From assembly GCA_025924215.1 (NCBI GenBank), contig JAICEJ010000003.1:1-38580 (forward strand): DNA of 38,580 nt, read 5' to 3'. The notes under the pieces were generated by a model. It saw only the letters and a list, made by a program, of their open reading frames with translations, did not search any database and was not told the DNA's origin. Positions 36,401 through 38,580 of the stretch are shown one piece after another. Made by a program: the position numbers and the translations under genes. The first letter of the stretch is position 1. The number at the start of each line of letters is the position of its first letter. This DNA comes from Candidatus Binatia bacterium. GTDB lineage: Bacteria > Desulfobacterota > Binatia > UBA9968.

Positions 36401-38580
36401 TCCGGCTTAAAACCGGTATACTCGTACCAGCGGTCGTTGAGCGAATAGCACCAGCCGTCCGCACGGCAAGCCCAGACGAACACCGGCACATAGTTGGACA
36501 GCATGCGCAGCCGTTCTTCACTGTCCCGCAGCGCGCGCTCCGCCTTCTTCTCTTTGGTGATGTCCTGGGCCTCGATCACGGTGCCGACGGGCATGCCGTC
36601 TTGAATTATCGAGCTGGCGGCGCAACGCACAGAGAAAAAGGTGCCGTCCTTGCGCACGAACATCTCTTCGTGACCTGTAATTCTTTCGTCAAACGGCAGC
36701 ACACTATGAAGTCGACAATCGCCGATCGGGTAAGGCGAGCCGTCGGGCCGGCTGTGATGAATCTTTTCATGCAGAATCTGGCCGATCAGCTCTTGCTCAT
36801 CATACCCGGTCAAATGCCTTGCCGCCGGATTGGCGAAGGTAACGCGTCCCATCGGATCGGTCATAAACAACATCGATGGTGCATTATCTGTAATTGTTTC
36901 TAGCAGTTGCTTTTGGTGGCGCAGCTCTTCTTCGGCTCGCTTGGTTTCAGTAATGTCGATGTTGACGCCAAGAACGCGAGTTAGCTCGCCGGCGGCGTCG
37001 TACCAACCCTGGCCCTTGGAAGATACCCAGTGAATCTTTCCGGAAGGATGCAAAATGCGATATTCCAAAGTGAACGGCTGCCGCTGCCGAATGGCCTCAG
37101 CACGCTCAGCCTCCACTCGCTCAAGGTCCTCCGGATGAACCAGCTTTTGCCAGTGCTCGTAACGGGTCATGCCGCGGGCGGGCACTCCATAGACCATCTC
37201 TTGCTCGGGTGTCCATGCTAAATCGTTGGTTCGCGCGTTCCAGTCGAAGATTCCAAGATGAGCGCTGACCTGCGCCAAACGAAGCCGCTCAGCAGTCTCG
37301 TGAAAGGCATCCTCAGCGCGTTTCCGGTCGGTGAAGTCAAACACGATGCCAAGAAACCGAACCGCCGCACCCGCATCATCGTAGAGAAACCGGCCGAATG
37401 GCGCCAGCCAGCGAATCTCGCCATTGTCGGCGCGTATGATTCGGTGTTCCAGACAATAGAGGGATCGGGACGACTTTGCCCGCTCCATCGCTTGCGCGAC
37501 ACCGGCGAAATCCTCAGGGTAAATACGCGAGCGCCACATCTGGCGGGTGACGGGTTCGGCATCCGAATCGTATCCCAAGAGCGAGTACAGCTCCCGATTC
37601 CAGACTAAAGTGTCGGTTCGCAAATCCACATCCCAGATTCCCATGCCGGCGCCGTCCACCGCCAGCCGGAGCCTGCTTTCACTTTGCTCCAGCCGCTCCA
37701 CCTGGTGCCGTGACTCCGCCAGGAGGCGCAGACGCTCTTGCGCCATCGCCACGTAATGGCAAATCGTCCGCATGAAGTCGATTTCGTCATTGTCAAAACC
37801 GTCGCGTCTCTTACTCGCGAAACATAGTGTGCCGATCAAACGCTCGGCAAGCAGCAGAGGATGACCGGCATAGGCCGAAAAGCCCCGCGCCTGGGCAGAC
37901 TTTGCCTGTTGATCATCGACCTTCTTGAGTGCTTCCCGGATAACCTCCTGGCGTAAATGCGCAGGAACCTCATGGAGCGATTTGCTGATATCGAGTGGCT
38001 GTGAGGCGGGCAACGCATCAGGGTCTGCATCGCCGCGGGACTCCAGCACGAGGGCGGAACCGGAGCTGTCCACCCGGTAATTGAAGTAGGTATCCAATGC
38101 GAGGTGCTGTCGCACCGTCTCGAAAACTTCTCTGATCATCACAGTGGGATCATGCGCGGTAAGCAGTCGCTCCGAGACTTGCGCAAGCAACGCCAGTCGT
38201 TCGTTCTGCCGGCGCGCTCGCTCTTCAGCGCGCTTGCCCTCGCTGATGTCGACGACGACAGAGATTGTCCGCTCCGGCACGCCCGTGGCATCGCGGATCA
38301 ATTTGACGTTGATCGAGACCCAGAGAATTCGCCCGTCTTTGCGCACCAGACGTTTTTCTCCGACCAGGTCCTCGGTTTCGCCTCGCAATAATGCGGCTAT
38401 TAACTCGGCTTCACGGCGGCGATCGTCTGGGTGAGTCAGGTCGGATGGCGACAAGCCCAACAGCTCTGACTCGGTATAACCAACCAGCTCACAGAAACAT
38501 TTATTGACGCGAATGAATTTTCCCGTTGAGGCATCGATTTGCGTCTTGCCGACGCCGGCCAGCTCGAAGCTGGCGCGAAA
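33421..38580 (-). CDS. Giant hybrid histidine kinase: at least 8 PAS + GAF + HisKA + HATPase + 2 REC (5' truncated by window edge)
   Basis: Frame is open to the window end (FRASFELAGVG...). AKSEFLANMSHEIRSPL, NLLSNAIKFT, DSGIGM, YGGTGLGL; receivers LLDIQMP and LLDISLP. Confidence 0.95.
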   Translation of the reverse strand, partial: FRASFELAGVGKTQIDASTGKFIRVNKCFCELVGYTESELLGLSPSDLTHPDDRRREAELIAALLRGETEDLVGEKRLVRKDGRILWVSINVKLIRDATGVPERTISVVVDISEGKRAEERARRQNERLALLAQVSERLLTAHDPTVMIREVFETVRQHLALDTYFNYRVDSSGSALVLESRGDADPDALPASQPLDISKSLHEVPAHLRQEVIREALKKVDDQQAKSAQARGFSAYAGHPLLLAERLIGTLCFASKRRDGFDNDEIDFMRTICHYVAMAQERLRLLAESRHQVERLEQSESRLRLAVDGAGMGIWDVDLRTDTLVWNRELYSLLGYDSDAEPVTRQMWRSRIYPEDFAGVAQAMERAKSSRSLYCLEHRIIRADNGEIRWLAPFGRFLYDDAGAAVRFLGIVFDFTDRKRAEDAFHETAERLRLAQVSAHLGIFDWNARTNDLAWTPEQEMVYGVPARGMTRYEHWQKLVHPEDLERVEAERAEAIRQRQPFTLEYRILHPSGKIHWVSSKGQGWYDAAGELTRVLGVNIDITETKRAEEELRHQKQLLETITDNAPSMLFMTDPMGRVTFANPAARHLTGYDEQELIGQILHEKIHHSRPDGSPYPIGDCRLHSVLPFDERITGHEEMFVRKDGTFFSVRCAASSIIQDGMPVGTVIEAQDITKEKKAERALRDSEERLRMLSNYVPVFVWACRADGWCYSLNDRWYEYTGFKPEQALGVGWLDALHPGDREQALSKWDQAVARGDGYEMELRCRRHDGEYRWFIAKALPVKDAGGLITDWFGTSLDIHDRKSWEQSLAHLAAIVTSSQDAVISFSRDSKIVTWNRAAEKLFGWAAEEALGQTAEIYVPPDYSDESAQITETLRRGEAIDQLETVRRRKDGSRVDVSLTISPIKVDQEVIGVSVTARDITERKRIEQQREQQSRLLDLSLDAISVWSVAHGIEYWNEGAEKLYGYSAEEATGRSMQDLLKTSQSVSLQEIEDQIRREGEWEGRISHVNKRGGQVAVLSRQQRIARPDGEVILEVNRDITILEEAEQAVAEAAAHLKAIVETAVDGIITIDENGIIASVNPAVEKMFGYSTRELIGRNLSMLMAEPYRSEHNDYLNHYRRTGERKVIDVGREVRGRRKDGSEFPVDLGVSETMIGPRRFFTGLVRDATGRKQVEQALIDAKEAADTASYAKSEFLANMSHEIRSPLTGVLGYAEILLNRLKDPNDLDCVRTIKQSGQYLLQIINDILDLAKIEAQGVELDRETIYLPAFLSEVYALMEVNAKEKALPLFLKYDGFIPQKIESDSKRLRQILINLLSNAIKFTDHGKVEFAVRFLRAESQLQFEVSDSGIGMTEEQQQNLFRPFTQGDSSVTKVYGGTGLGLAITRRLVGALGGAIAVESLCGRGSTFRVTIPVQVLSNASYASSMIQKNGGVARLFAEKMAARVLICEDQPEIRRLMGCFIEDAGGRVTLTDSGEAALEVVQQAGDDLDVVLLDIQMPRLDGYEVARRIRQLGFRKPVIAVTAAAMPSDREKCLKAGCDDYLPKPIEFETLLSMIARYTAKPVPDQASLSLIEPQPGPDTAAADDSLTASSTPKHWRILVVDDRPVALNATSRLLELEGHTVRSASTGHAAIRVAREFAPDLVLLDISLPDISGYEVFRRLKANQSLAGTVFVALSGHGYEERLRARQVGFDDYLMKPFDIKEVDRLIAVNLAQDRRL

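Noticed and set aside
1-38580. Mobile element, prophage, CRISPR, tRNA or rRNA
   Set aside because: No integrase, transposase, phage gene, spaced direct repeats or tRNA-like sequence seen. TopIB is a tyrosine-recombinase relative but has topoisomerase motifs. The many antisense ORFs in the track are shadows of real genes.

Overview
Bacterial chromosomal segment (mid-50s % GC by eye; diderm, with TamAB, lipoproteins and an outer-membrane barrel). Its style fits a Deltaproteobacteria-like lineage such as Binatota or Myxococcota, but that is an inference I cannot verify. The window is a dense island of general-stress/stationary-phase genes: TopIB, a GH13 alpha-glucosidase, a PRC-barrel protein, RecQ, a PLD-family enzyme, DUF3618 and ElaB/DUF883-like proteins, CsbD, a metallophosphoesterase plus nucleotidyltransferase pair, DUF748, DUF3309, DUF1328, an lmo0937-type small protein, a BON lipoprotein, an AI-2E transporter, YihY, an M48 peptidase, TamAB, a DksA/TraR protein, ASRT, two PAS histidine kinases and two receiver domains. 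The main hidden structure is regulatory. Thirteen intergenic sigma54 (-24/-12, GG-N10-GC) promoter motifs each point into the adjacent gene. Six of them are preceded by a pair of degenerate 18-bp palindromes (approx. TGTSYYR-N4-YRRSACR) spaced 31-33 or 42 bp apart. This suggests a general stress regulon run by sigma54 and one enhancer-binding protein that is not encoded in the window. I saw no rRNA, tRNA, CRISPR array or mobile element. Both window ends cut through genes.
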